Positions 17,433-27,560 of a stretch of DNA of 64,000 nucleotides are shown here, one piece after another (positions within the stretch are counted from its first letter, which is position 1; each line of letters starts with the position of its first letter). The notes beneath the pieces are model-generated. The model did not search any database. It saw only the letters and a program-made list of their open reading frames with translations, and was not told where the DNA came from. The DNA is from a virus: positions 11,006 to 75,005 of the IMG/VR virus record IMGVR_UViG_3300023174_005350; one strand, 5' to 3'. A program made the position numbers and the translations under genes.

Positions 17433-18607
17433 TGAAAATAGTATATATTGGACAATTTAATGATGCATGCGGTTATGCAAATGCGGCAAGAAAATATTTA
17501 AAGATTTTTGATAAAGACAAATATTTTAAAGAAAATCTCATTCTTGTAAGTGTTAATGCAGAAAAGAAAAATTATGCTTCTAAAGAAGAAACGGATTTAA
17601 TAAATAAATATCTTGTCAAAGATCCAGCATTGTTTAATGAATTAATTAATTCTGGGGAATACATTGTTTTAGTTCATTTTTTGCCTAATATAGCAACAGA
17701 CCCAGTAGTAAAACAAATTATAGAAAAGTCTAAAAAGAGCTTTAATATTGTTTATTGGGAAACAGATGCGCTTCCTAAACAATGGATAGAATTATATAAA
17801 TCTAAAATATATGATGAAATAATTGTTAATTCAAAATGGAATCAAGAAATATTTAGCAGAGATGCCGGATTAAAAACTAATTTAACATATCTGCCATATA
17901 CGAAAAAAGAATTACAATTTAGTCACGGAGACAAATTTACTATCTTTGCCATGTCTCAATGGGTATTTAGAAAAGGCTTTGATATCCTTATAAAAGCATA
18001 TACACAAGAATTTTTCCATAACACAGATACGCAGCTTTTAATTAAAACATATCGCTTTGAAACTACCTCAAGAGACTCAGAGGAAAATGAAAGGGCAATT
18101 ATTTTAAAAGAAGCATCAGAATATAAAAAAAGTATTTATGATTATGGTAAAAATTCTGATACATCAATTTATATTATCACTGGTCATATAAGTGACGAGA
18201 GAATACAAGATTTATATTCTAAATCAAATATATTTTGTTCTACAGCCAGATCAGAAGGGTTTGGAATGACTTTGGCCGATGCTTGTTCATATGGTATTCC
18301 AATAGTCGCACTAAATACAACTGGTCATATAGATTTTATAGATCCAAAAAATTCTTTTCTTTATAATGGGCATCTAGTTCCAATCAGCAATCAAGGTTTT
18401 CATTTAAATTCTTTAAATATGAATTTTTATGAACCGGATATTTTATCTGTTAGAAAACAACTTAGAATATGTTATAATATTTGGAAAGAAGATAGAAATA
18501 AATTACTAGAAATTGGAAAAAACAATAGACATTATTCACTTTCTATTTTAAATGAAACAAATATTATAAATGATTTTATAAATATTTTAGGATTAAAAAA
18601 TGAATAA
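17432..18607 (+). CDS. Glycosyltransferase family 4 (GT-B)
   Basis: CGYANAAR, WETD, RKGFDILIKAY, RSEGFGMTLADA. Confidence 0.88.
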   Translation: MKIVYIGQFNDACGYANAARKYLKIFDKDKYFKENLILVSVNAEKKNYASKEETDLINKYLVKDPALFNELINSGEYIVLVHFLPNIATDPVVKQIIEKSKKSFNIVYWETDALPKQWIELYKSKIYDEIIVNSKWNQEIFSRDAGLKTNLTYLPYTKKELQFSHGDKFTIFAMSQWVFRKGFDILIKAYTQEFFHNTDTQLLIKTYRFETTSRDSEENERAIILKEASEYKKSIYDYGKNSDTSIYIITGHISDERIQDLYSKSNIFCSTARSEGFGMTLADACSYGIPIVALNTTGHIDFIDPKNSFLYNGHLVPISNQGFHLNSLNMNFYEPDILSVRKQLRICYNIWKEDRNKLLEIGKNNRHYSLSILNETNIINDFINILGLKNE

Positions 18608-19367
18608 AAAGATTACTTTCTGCACGTATGTATCAGATGATAAAATAACTTATTTTGGACTTTTAAAAATGTTAGCATCTTTTAAAAAATTCCATCCAGA
18701 TATTCCTATATATGTTTTAACTAATAAACATATCAATGCAGAACTTAAAAAATTACCAATGTTTAATAATTTTTATTATTTAAATCCAGTAATGTCCAAT
18801 CTGTTAACCTCAAAATATGAAACAGTAGTTCATATTGATGCTGACTGTATAGTTACAGATAGATTAGACGAAATATTACAATGCGATTACGACGTTGCAG
18901 TTGTCAGAAATAATAGCGATAAACAAACTGCTGGAATGGGTCGGCCAGAAACTGCCGATGGAAAAGTAGACGTGTATAAATATATTAATTGCGGTTTAAT
19001 AGCGTCAACAAAAAAACAATTTTGGGAAGAATGGATTTATAGAAACATAAAATTACAAAATAAATATAGACAGCACGAACAAGATATTGTAAATTTAATG
19101 CTAGCTGAAGGAAGATATAAAGTAAAAATATTAGATTCTATAAATACTAATCTTTATTATGGTGTTGCTAATGCTTACGGGACAAAATCTCATTGGGATA
19201 GTTGGAAAGAAATAACACTTGAAAAAGATAATAAACTTTATTTAAATAATAAATTAATTAAAGTTTTACATCATGCCGGTGGATTTGTCCAAGAAAAATT
19301 AAATATTGAAGAATTATTTTCACCTGAAGTGTCGGCACATTTAAAAGAATTGTGTGAGGATTTATAA
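18600..19367 (+). CDS. GT-A glycosyltransferase (GT8-like)
   Basis: HIDAD DxD motif, INCGL, EQDIVN, VLHHAG. Confidence 0.75.
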   Translation: MNKKITFCTYVSDDKITYFGLLKMLASFKKFHPDIPIYVLTNKHINAELKKLPMFNNFYYLNPVMSNLLTSKYETVVHIDADCIVTDRLDEILQCDYDVAVVRNNSDKQTAGMGRPETADGKVDVYKYINCGLIASTKKQFWEEWIYRNIKLQNKYRQHEQDIVNLMLAEGRYKVKILDSINTNLYYGVANAYGTKSHWDSWKEITLEKDNKLYLNNKLIKVLHHAGGFVQEKLNIEELFSPEVSAHLKELCEDL

Positions 19368-19368
19368 A

Positions 19369-20061
19369 ATGTCAAAAAATATTAATTTTTATTCTTGGGA
19401 AAAACAAGATGAATTTGCTTATAACTTAATAGGCGAAAACGGATTTTTTTTAGATTTAGGATGTAGCAGTCCAACGGATGGTAGTAATACGTATGGTTTA
19501 GAAAAGCTTGGTTGGAGAGGTATTTGTTTTGATATAAGAAATTGCGAAGCTGAATATGGCTGGAGCAATATCCGAAAAGAAAAATTTGTTCAAGCGGATG
19601 TAACATCAGATTATTTTTTAAATTTTATCGCTAATATAAAAAATGAAATTCCTGTTGTAGATTATATATCCTTAGATATGGATACAGCAGGACAGAATTT
19701 CGCTTTATTTGGTCTTAACAATATTCTTAAATCTGATATTAAATTTAAATGCTTAACTTTTGAGCACGAATTTCATTATTATGGAGAAAGAAATAAACTA
19801 GAAGGAAAAAGAATGCTTGAAAAAGCAGGATATTTTTGTCTTTTTGATGATGTAGTACTGGTTCAAGATGCTATTCCGCCTTCAAATTATCCCGGTAAAT
19901 ATTTTGAAGATTGGTATATAAATCCAGAGTTTTTTGATAAATCGATTATTGATTTGGCAACTTCTAAAAAAGATTATAATCTTTGTATTGATTTATTAAA
20001 AAATTATTTTAATAGGAGTTATACTGCAAATTATATAAATTGCAAAGGCGTACAAAGATGA
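19369..20061 (+). CDS. FkbM-like SAM-dependent methyltransferase
   Basis: QD...FFLDLG...SNTYGLEKLGWRGICFD, DYISLDMD, TFEH, FEDWY. Confidence 0.75.
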   Translation: MSKNINFYSWEKQDEFAYNLIGENGFFLDLGCSSPTDGSNTYGLEKLGWRGICFDIRNCEAEYGWSNIRKEKFVQADVTSDYFLNFIANIKNEIPVVDYISLDMDTAGQNFALFGLNNILKSDIKFKCLTFEHEFHYYGERNKLEGKRMLEKAGYFCLFDDVVLVQDAIPPSNYPGKYFEDWYINPEFFDKSIIDLATSKKDYNLCIDLLKNYFNRSYTANYINCKGVQR

Positions 20062-21014
20062 AAAAAATTGTTTATATAACTGGATGTTTGGGATTTATTG
20101 GCTCACATCTTACAAGAAAATGTTTGGATCTTGGTTGGTTTGTTAAAGGCATTGATAAAGTTACCTATGCGGCTAATTTACATGCTTTAGAAGAGTTTAA
20201 AAAATATAAAAACTTTTCTTTTGAGCAAAAAGATATTAATGATTTACATTTTTTGTATGATTGTGATTATGTTATCAATACTGCCGCTGAAACACACGTT
20301 GATAATTCCATAGTTGACAATAAGGATTTTCTAAAAAGCAACATCGATGGCGTACACAATCTATTAGAATTAATAAAAAATAATAGAAATAATAATAAGC
20401 CAATTTTTTTACACTTTAGTACTGACGAAGTATATGGCGATATTGATTTTGGATCACATAATGAACTTTCACTTTTAAAGCCAAGCAATCCTTATTCAGC
20501 TACAAAAGCAGCAGCTGATATGATGATTCTTGCTTGGGCAAGAACATATGATATTAAATATGTAATCGTAAGGCCATCTAATAATTATGGCATTGGTCAA
20601 TATGTAGAAAAACTAATTCCTAAAACTTGTAAATATCTTTTCTTAGGTAGAAAAATTCCTTTACATAATAACGGTACTCCAATAAGAACTTGGCTTCATG
20701 CCGATGATACAGCAGAAGCTTGCATTAAAATAATTAATAGTGGCAAAACAAACGAAATATATAATATATGCGGCTCAGAAGAAAAAACTAATATTGATAC
20801 TATAAAATCTATAATCAAAGAATATTTTAATTTTAAAGATAAAGAATATGATATCAACAATTATGTTGATATGTCTTATACCAGAAAAGGGCAAGATGTT
20901 AGATATTCTGTTGAAGATAAAAAATTAAGACAATTAGGTTGGAAAAATACTAAAAAATTTGATGAAGAAATAAAGTCAATAGTAGAGTACTATAAGGATA
21001 ATTTTATATGGTAG
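20058..21014 (+). CDS. rmlB: dTDP-glucose 4,6-dehydratase
   Basis: GCLGFIGS, DKVTYAAN, AAETHVDNSI, STDEVYG, PYSATKAA, NNYG. Confidence 0.9.
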   Translation: MKKIVYITGCLGFIGSHLTRKCLDLGWFVKGIDKVTYAANLHALEEFKKYKNFSFEQKDINDLHFLYDCDYVINTAAETHVDNSIVDNKDFLKSNIDGVHNLLELIKNNRNNNKPIFLHFSTDEVYGDIDFGSHNELSLLKPSNPYSATKAAADMMILAWARTYDIKYVIVRPSNNYGIGQYVEKLIPKTCKYLFLGRKIPLHNNGTPIRTWLHADDTAEACIKIINSGKTNEIYNICGSEEKTNIDTIKSIIKEYFNFKDKEYDINNYVDMSYTRKGQDVRYSVEDKKLRQLGWKNTKKFDEEIKSIVEYYKDNFIW

Positions 21015-21643
21015 ATAAAAAACTAAAGAAAAGACTTTTAGAAATTTGCTACAATCATAAACTTCATCACTTGGGTAGTTATTTTTCTTCATTAAATATT
21101 ATTGATGAAATTTATTCTGAAATGAAAAAAGATGATATTTTCATTCTTTCTTCTGGTCATGCTGTTGTGGCACTATTTGTAGTTTTAGAAAAATATTATG
21201 GATTCAATGCAGAAGAATTATTGAAAAAACACGGCGAGCATCCTAAATTAGATGAAGAGCATAAAATCTTTTGTTCTACTGGAAGCCTTGGTTTAGGATT
21301 ACTAGTGGCAGTTGGTCGTGCGGTCGCAAATAAAAATAGAAACGTTTATTGTTTGATTTCTGATGGTGAGACAGCCGAAGGAAGTATATGGGAAGCTTTA
21401 AGATATGCCAAAGAATCCAAATTAGATAATTTAAAAGTTTTCGTGAACGCGAATGGCATTTGTGGTTATGATACCGTAAATGTTGATTATTTAGAAAAAA
21501 GAATTAAAGCATTTGATGAAAAAATAAATTTTGTTATTACTACTGTAGAACAAATTCCCGCTCTTAAAGGCATAGAATCTCATTATTGCACATTGAGCGA
21601 AAAAGATTATTTACACGGGTTAGAATATATAAATAGAGAATAA
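21008..21643 (+). CDS. Transketolase N-terminal (ThDP-binding) subunit
   Basis: HLGS, FILSSGH, STGSLGLG, SDGETAEGSIWEA...N. Confidence 0.9.
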   Translation: MVDKKLKKRLLEICYNHKLHHLGSYFSSLNIIDEIYSEMKKDDIFILSSGHAVVALFVVLEKYYGFNAEELLKKHGEHPKLDEEHKIFCSTGSLGLGLLVAVGRAVANKNRNVYCLISDGETAEGSIWEALRYAKESKLDNLKVFVNANGICGYDTVNVDYLEKRIKAFDEKINFVITTVEQIPALKGIESHYCTLSEKDYLHGLEYINRE

Positions 21644-21646
21644 AAA

Positions 21647-22123
21647 ATGAGAAAAACTTTTGCTACTTTATTACATGAAGAAATGAAAGAAAATAAAGAT
21701 ATTTATTTGCTTACCGGCGATTTAGGATTTAGACTTTGGGATAATATTAAAAATGATTTTCCTAATAACTATATTAATCCCGGTTCCGCTGAACAACTAT
21801 TGATTGGTATGGCAACTGGATTAGCGTTAGAAGGTAAAATACCTGTTGTGTATTCTATAACTCCTTTTCTTATCTATAGACCGTTTGAAATTATAAGAAA
21901 TTATATGCATTACGAAAAGATACCTGTAAAGTTAATTGGCGGTGGCCGTGGAAGAGATTATGGCGTTTTAGGATACACTCATTGGGCCGAAGAAGATGAA
22001 AAAATTATTGATATATTAAATAACATAAAGCAATATAGACCAGAAAAAAATGAAGATGTAAATTCTTCTTTTAAAGACTTTCTATATTCTAAACAACCAT
22101 GCTATATGAATTTAAAAAAATAA
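21647..22123 (+). CDS. Transketolase pyrimidine-binding subunit (no C-terminal domain)
   Basis: LTGDLG, AEQLLIGMATGLA, RPFEIIRN, GYTH. Confidence 0.88.
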   Translation: MRKTFATLLHEEMKENKDIYLLTGDLGFRLWDNIKNDFPNNYINPGSAEQLLIGMATGLALEGKIPVVYSITPFLIYRPFEIIRNYMHYEKIPVKLIGGGRGRDYGVLGYTHWAEEDEKIIDILNNIKQYRPEKNEDVNSSFKDFLYSKQPCYMNLKK

Positions 22124-22124
22124 C

Positions 22125-22982
22125 ATGTTAAATATAATGGTTACTGGCGGCAATGGATTTCTAGGTAAAGAAATCTTATCGTCTTATTTAAAAGATAAAT
22201 ATAAATTATTTAATATTAATAGATCTTTATTAGATATTACAGATTTTAATAAAGTAAAAAGTTTTATTTTACAAAAAAATATAGATGTTATTATACATTG
22301 TGCAGTAAAAGGCGGCAGAAGAAATAGAATAGATACTGCACAAGATTATTATGATAATATTCTAATGTTTGAAAACTTAATTAATAGTTTATCTAACATA
22401 TCTCTTTTTATAAATTTTGATAGCGGCGCAGCATTTGACAGAAGACAAAACATACATCGTTTTAAAGAAGAGCAATTAGGTGATTCTGTACCAGACGATT
22501 TTTATGGTTCTTCTAAATATACTATATCTAAAAGAATTCTTAATTTAGAAAAAAGTATCAATTTAAGAATATTCGGTTGCTTTTCAGCTAATGAAGACGA
22601 AACAAGATTAATTAAATCAAATATAAAAAAATATATATCTAATGAAGACTTAGTACTTCATCAAAATAGAGAAATGGATTTTATATATTCCAAAGACGTT
22701 ATCTCAGTTGTAGATTTTTATCTAAACAATAGAATAATTTTAAATAAATTACCTAAAGATATTAATCTTTGTTATGAAGAAAAAGCTTCTCTTTTGCATA
22801 TATTAAATATAATAAATAATTTGTCAGATAAAAAAAGTAATATTGTTACAAATAATAATAACGATGGTTTATCATATTCAGGTGATGGAAAAAAATTAAG
22901 TTCTTTAAATATAAAGTTACTTGGTTTAGAATACGGTATAAATGAAGTATACAATACCTTAAGGAAACAAAATGACCAATAA
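22125..22982 (+). CDS. NAD-dependent sugar epimerase/reductase (extended SDR)
   Basis: TGGNGFLG, IIHCA, SGA, YGSSK (YxxxK). Confidence 0.85.
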   Translation: MLNIMVTGGNGFLGKEILSSYLKDKYKLFNINRSLLDITDFNKVKSFILQKNIDVIIHCAVKGGRRNRIDTAQDYYDNILMFENLINSLSNISLFINFDSGAAFDRRQNIHRFKEEQLGDSVPDDFYGSSKYTISKRILNLEKSINLRIFGCFSANEDETRLIKSNIKKYISNEDLVLHQNREMDFIYSKDVISVVDFYLNNRIILNKLPKDINLCYEEKASLLHILNIINNLSDKKSNIVTNNNNDGLSYSGDGKKLSSLNIKLLGLEYGINEVYNTLRKQNDQ

Positions 22983-24267
22983 AACAGATATCGAAAAATT
23001 TGTTGAAGATATTTATAAAGAAGAAAAAAGCTTTCCATATCTAATAGGTTCTAAAATAAAACCTAAAAACTCTATTCCATATTCTGGCCCATTCTGGGAT
23101 CAAGAAGAATTAAAAGCAGTTTTCTCCAGTTTAATTATGGGTAAATGGTTTCCTAGTGGTGGAGAAGTGGCAAAATTTGAATCCAAATTTTCTAAGATGT
23201 TTAATTTGGGCTTTTCTTTAATGGTTAATTCTGGTAGCTCTGCCGATCTTTTAATGATTGCTGCTATTAAAAAGGTATTATCTTGGCAAGATAATGATGA
23301 AGTAATTTTATCTGTTGTAGGATTTCCCACCACCTTATCCTCACTAGTTTTAAATAAATTGAAACCAGTATTCTGCGATATTGAAATGGAAACATTAAAC
23401 TTTGATATTAGCAAAATAGAAGAATTGATAACTTCTAAAACAAGAGCTATATATATTTCTCCTGTACTCGGAAATTCTCCTGATATGGATGAATTATTAA
23501 AAATTAAAAATAAGTACAATATTGAGCTTATTTTAGATAACTGCGATTCTTTAGGAAGTAAATGGAAAGGTAAATTTTTAAGCGATTATGCTATAGCTTC
23601 TTCATGTTCATTTTATATGGCACATCATATAGCTACCGGAGAAGGTGGGATGGTTTCTTCTAATAATGAAAAAATTGTGGAAGAAGCTAGAAAAATGTGC
23701 TGGTGGGGTAGGGATTGTTATTGTGTCGGCAAAAACAATACTTTACCATGCGGAACTTGTGGGCAAAGATTTTCTAAATGGATTAAAGAATATAATTATG
23801 AGATTGATCATAGATATTTCTTTACATCAATGGGATATAACTTAAAACCATTAGATTTTCAAGGTGCTATAGGATTAGTGCAATTAGATAAATTTCCTAA
23901 AATTGAACAATTAAGAAAAAAGCATAAAAAGGCTATTGAACAATATTTTGTAGATAATGTATCCAACGTCAGATCAATTAAAGAATTGTATCATTCAGAT
24001 ACATCTTGGTTCGGTGTACCAGTAATTTGTAATACGCCAGAAGACAAAAGAAAGTTAGTTAAGTATTTAGAAGATAACGGTGTTCAAACAAGAAACTATT
24101 TTGCTGGAAATATTTTATTACAGCCAGCTTATAAAGATTTGGGCGATTGGAAACAATATCCTAATGCTAATAAGGTATTAGATTTAGTATTTTTTGTTGG
24201 CTGTGCGCCATTTTATGATGACAATGATTTAAATTATTTTGAAAATATACTAAAATTATATAAATAG
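22972..24267 (+). CDS. rfbH: RfbH/DdhC (E1)-type NDP-4-keto-6-deoxyhexose 3-dehydratase (DegT family)
   Basis: VNSGSSA, SFYMAHHIATGEGG (His instead of Schiff-base Lys), WGRDCYC...TCGQRF Fe-S Cys motif, GYNLKP, TRNYFAGNI. Confidence 0.85.
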   Translation: MTNKTDIEKFVEDIYKEEKSFPYLIGSKIKPKNSIPYSGPFWDQEELKAVFSSLIMGKWFPSGGEVAKFESKFSKMFNLGFSLMVNSGSSADLLMIAAIKKVLSWQDNDEVILSVVGFPTTLSSLVLNKLKPVFCDIEMETLNFDISKIEELITSKTRAIYISPVLGNSPDMDELLKIKNKYNIELILDNCDSLGSKWKGKFLSDYAIASSCSFYMAHHIATGEGGMVSSNNEKIVEEARKMCWWGRDCYCVGKNNTLPCGTCGQRFSKWIKEYNYEIDHRYFFTSMGYNLKPLDFQGAIGLVQLDKFPKIEQLRKKHKKAIEQYFVDNVSNVRSIKELYHSDTSWFGVPVICNTPEDKRKLVKYLEDNGVQTRNYFAGNILLQPAYKDLGDWKQYPNANKVLDLVFFVGCAPFYDDNDLNYFENILKLYK

Positions 24268-24275
24268 GAGATAAT

Positions 24276-24458
24276 ATGAAACTTTCAAATCAAGCATTAA
24301 CTTGTGTAATGGTCGCCCTTCAAAAGAGTCTTATGGAACAAACAGATATTGTTCCACTTTTAAAGGGATTCGATATGGTATTAGAAGGTGAAGAATTGAT
24401 TGTAGCCAATCCTCCAACTACTATTGCCGCAAAACCAATCACTACAGAAGAAAAGTAA
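24276..24458 (+). CDS. Small hypothetical phage protein
   Basis: AGGAG RBS; MKLSNQALTCVMVALQKSLMEQTDIV. Confidence 0.7.
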   Translation: MKLSNQALTCVMVALQKSLMEQTDIVPLLKGFDMVLEGEELIVANPPTTIAAKPITTEEK

Positions 24459-24459
24459 T

Positions 24460-24714
24460 ATGCCAACCTATATCTATAAATGTGATAAGTGTAATAACAC
24501 ATTTAAAGCTTTTCATGGAATGAATGATACTCTTACTGAGTGTTTAGATTGTCATGAAGTAGGACACACACATAAAATACCAACGTTACTAACGTCTCTA
24601 CCAGAACGAGATAAGCAACAAACGGCGGCTGGCACTCGGGTTAAAGAAGCTATAGAAGATAATCGACAGCTATTATTAGATAGCAAACAGGAACACCTTA
24701 GCAAAAAACTATAA
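24460..24714 (+). CDS. FmdB-type zinc-ribbon protein
   Basis: MPTYIYKCDKC...F...CLDC; ATG at 24460. Confidence 0.8.
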   Translation: MPTYIYKCDKCNNTFKAFHGMNDTLTECLDCHEVGHTHKIPTLLTSLPERDKQQTAAGTRVKEAIEDNRQLLLDSKQEHLSKKL

Positions 24715-24715
24715 T

Positions 24716-25093
24716 ATGACTATATTACTATCTATTTTATTGGTATTATCTTTAGTTGGAAACGGTATATTGATTTGGTATACCCGTAAATTAGTACAAA
24801 ATCTATATTATGGTGTAAATAATGCTGATGAAATGCAGAAGTTGCTAAACGAATACTATGATTTGCTAGAGCCATTAGCAACTCTTGAAAACTATTATGG
24901 TGAACCAGCTATAACATCTGCTATCGCCAATACAAAGTTGGTTATGGAAGCTTGCAAGACATATAAAAACTCAATTATAGAAAGCGACAATGAAGAAAAT
25001 CAAGAAGCAGAATCCACCAAAGAAAGTCAAGAAACAAAAGCCAATCAAAGTACCCAGCAAAAAGACGTTAAAACAGCCTCAGTTGGCGCTTAA
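24716..25093 (+). CDS. Membrane-anchored hypothetical protein
   Basis: N-terminal TM segment ILLSILLVLSLVGNGILIWY. Confidence 0.7.
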   Translation: MTILLSILLVLSLVGNGILIWYTRKLVQNLYYGVNNADEMQKLLNEYYDLLEPLATLENYYGEPAITSAIANTKLVMEACKTYKNSIIESDNEENQEAESTKESQETKANQSTQQKDVKTASVGA

Positions 25094-25874
25094 AAAGCGT
25101 AAATCGAGAAAGTCAAAGACGGGTATAGTGATTAAGCCAAACCTTTCTATAGAGCCTCCAAAGCCATTAGAAAGCAAAAATCAATATTTCACGAAAGAGC
25201 ATGAAAATGCCATCTTGGAATATGCTTCTATATTAGATAATAATAGAAAAACAATATTATATATTAATCTTATACAACCTGCATTTAATGAAATGGTTGA
25301 AAAGATAGTTTATACCTATAAATTCAATAGTTTACCTAATATAGATGATTTAAAAAGTGAATGCAAGATATTTCTTACCACAATATTAGATAAATATGAT
25401 ACTTCTAGAGGCTCTAAAGCCTTTTCTTATTTTAGTGTAATCACCAAAAACTGGTTTATACACAAAGTAAAGAAAAATAATAATAAAAAAGAAGTATACA
25501 TAGAAGATATTAAAGACACTTCGCAGGAAGAAGAACTTGTCTATGAAGAATCATATGTTCATAATCGAGAAAAAGAAGAGTTTTGGGCAGCTTTAGAGAG
25601 TGAAATGCATGGTTGGTTTGATAAACGCTTAAAGGAAAATGAAATAAAAGTCTATAAAGCCATAGTTATGCTTTTTAAAGAAAGCGATTCAATAGAAATT
25701 TTTAATAAAAAGGCTATTTATTTATATATGAGAGAAATAACGGGATTAAATACAAAACAGGTTGTAAATAATCTTAAGAAGTTTCGTTATAAATATGAAG
25801 AATTTAGAGAAAATTGGTCTAATGGAAACATATCACATATAAGAACTAAGGTCTATGTAGATGAGCAATCATAA
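24990..25874 (+). CDS. Phage RNA polymerase sigma factor, T4 gp55-like (late transcription)
   Basis: QYFT...AILEY, MVEKI...YKF, DDLKSEC...KYDTSRGSKAFSYFSVITKNW region-2-like pattern; start uncertain. Confidence 0.7.
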   Translation: MKKIKKQNPPKKVKKQKPIKVPSKKTLKQPQLALKKRKSRKSKTGIVIKPNLSIEPPKPLESKNQYFTKEHENAILEYASILDNNRKTILYINLIQPAFNEMVEKIVYTYKFNSLPNIDDLKSECKIFLTTILDKYDTSRGSKAFSYFSVITKNWFIHKVKKNNNKKEVYIEDIKDTSQEEELVYEESYVHNREKEEFWAALESEMHGWFDKRLKENEIKVYKAIVMLFKESDSIEIFNKKAIYLYMREITGLNTKQVVNNLKKFRYKYEEFRENWSNGNISHIRTKVYVDEQS

Positions 25875-26163
25875 AAAAAATCTTGAAGAATATATAGCCG
25901 AAACGACAAACAATATCGAAAATGATAGAGCTTTGGCAACAAAGCTTTTAGTAGATTTAATGTCATATATGGAAAAAAATAAAGACGATAAATATGTACA
26001 TAAAAACTACGGTGAAACAGCGGCAATGTATTTAGAAACATTGCAGAGATCAAACGAACAATTAGTTAAATTAACAACCATCGTTCAAAGACAAGAAGGT
26101 GGAAAAGAGGGCATGTCAAAGAAAGAGAGGGATGATTTATTTGACATGATCAAGGAAAACTAA
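25861..26163 (+). CDS. Hypothetical helical protein
   Basis: 100-aa ORF overlapping the end of the sigma gene. Confidence 0.7.
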   Translation: MSNHKKNLEEYIAETTNNIENDRALATKLLVDLMSYMEKNKDDKYVHKNYGETAAMYLETLQRSNEQLVKLTTIVQRQEGGKEGMSKKERDDLFDMIKEN

Positions 26164-26166
26164 AAC

Positions 26167-27516
26167 ATGTCAGGTCAAACTCCAAATAACTCTTATATAT
26201 CTTCGCTTCTTAATGGGGTAGCTAGGCAAGTATTAGATTTAAAAAATACTTCCGTCGAATCAGCATTACGCTTAATGATGACGGAATTTTTTAAAAACGA
26301 CACATTAAAAAATGTACAAGAATTTCAAGGAGAAATAGTTAGAATTGTAGAAGATAAAAAAGAATTTAATTTTTCTCCATTTAATATAATTAATAATTTA
26401 TCTAATACAAATAATTTTAGATATAAAGTTTGGATACCAGATCTTGGAAGTCTTTTAATTAATAAAACCCCATCTGATAATAATCCAAAAGAATCAATAA
26501 TAATTGATTTATTGCCAGATTTTGTTATTGCTGATTCATCTATTACAAACTTGGCTGTTAAGGATATAGTTACGGTATCTTTTTTAGACCCAGTTAATTT
26601 TAAAAATGGCGTTATAAAGTCTAAAGCTAATAAAAGCTCTACTGGAGAAGCTGGATCAAATAATAATGGCAATAAGCCATCAAATCCATCTGGCGCTTTT
26701 CCAACACCATCACCAACTCCACCAGAAAAACAAGCCACAGGACAAAATGGCGATACGCAACCACGCCCTGATGATATAGATTTAATAATCTACAAATGGG
26801 ATATACCAGCACCTAGCGCCACAGCCACCCCACCAGACGCTAACGCTTCATCGGATAAGAAAAAGAAACCTAAAAAACCAGTAGGAGAAAATCAGGGAAA
26901 TGGAAACGTAGTGCCATCTGGAAAAACAATAAAAGGTAGAAAAATACCAAAAACTCCAAGCGAAGAAGATGAAAAATATGTGGTTATTGAAGCTGCTGAA
27001 GCATTTAAAGAAATGGCTAAAGCGCTTAAAGATCAAAAAGGTTTAACTCTTACAGCTAATTCAGGCTATAGAGGCGCAGAAAAACAGATAAAATTGTTTA
27101 ATGAAAGATGGGATATAAAATATGAAGCTAATAGACCAAAAAGATTAAGTAAAAAATCATATAGTAAAATTGGTGGAGAAAACGCACTTAATGAAAGAGG
27201 ATTAGCAGAAGGTGTAGCCTGCGAACCTAGCCCAACTGGTCCGCATTTAAAAGGTAAGGCTATTGATATCTATGTTGGAAGTGTTTCATATCCCAAGGGA
27301 CAAGAACCTAAAACATCAAAACAAAAACTTTTAGGAAAATTTAAATCAGATATATATTTATGGCTTAAGGATAATGCTTATAAATATGGGTTTTTTAATA
27401 CTGGTGCCAATATAGAAACCACACCAGAAGCTTGGCATTGGTCTTATATAAAAGAGTGGAAAGGTAAAAAAGAACAGATAATACTTCCTCCAAATAGCTT
27501 AGAGCAGGACAAATAA
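26167..27516 (+). CDS. Baseplate hub (gp5 N-terminal OB-fold-like) fused to an M15/VanY-type zinc peptidoglycan peptidase
   Basis: RYKVWIP...DIVTVSF N-terminal part; Pro-rich linker; SGYR..Q, H-LKGKAID, EAWHW. Confidence 0.7.
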   Translation: MSGQTPNNSYISSLLNGVARQVLDLKNTSVESALRLMMTEFFKNDTLKNVQEFQGEIVRIVEDKKEFNFSPFNIINNLSNTNNFRYKVWIPDLGSLLINKTPSDNNPKESIIIDLLPDFVIADSSITNLAVKDIVTVSFLDPVNFKNGVIKSKANKSSTGEAGSNNNGNKPSNPSGAFPTPSPTPPEKQATGQNGDTQPRPDDIDLIIYKWDIPAPSATATPPDANASSDKKKKPKKPVGENQGNGNVVPSGKTIKGRKIPKTPSEEDEKYVVIEAAEAFKEMAKALKDQKGLTLTANSGYRGAEKQIKLFNERWDIKYEANRPKRLSKKSYSKIGGENALNERGLAEGVACEPSPTGPHLKGKAIDIYVGSVSYPKGQEPKTSKQKLLGKFKSDIYLWLKDNAYKYGFFNTGANIETTPEAWHWSYIKEWKGKKEQIILPPNSLEQDK

Positions 27517-27560
27517 AATATTTCTATTAATTTTGTATTAAAATTAAAAACTTAAAAATT

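Noticed and set aside
21008-22123. Frameshifted transketolase pseudogene or central-carbon auxiliary gene
   Set aside because: Both parts are clean ORFs with their own starts; split transketolase-like pairs are typical of sugar-biosynthesis clusters
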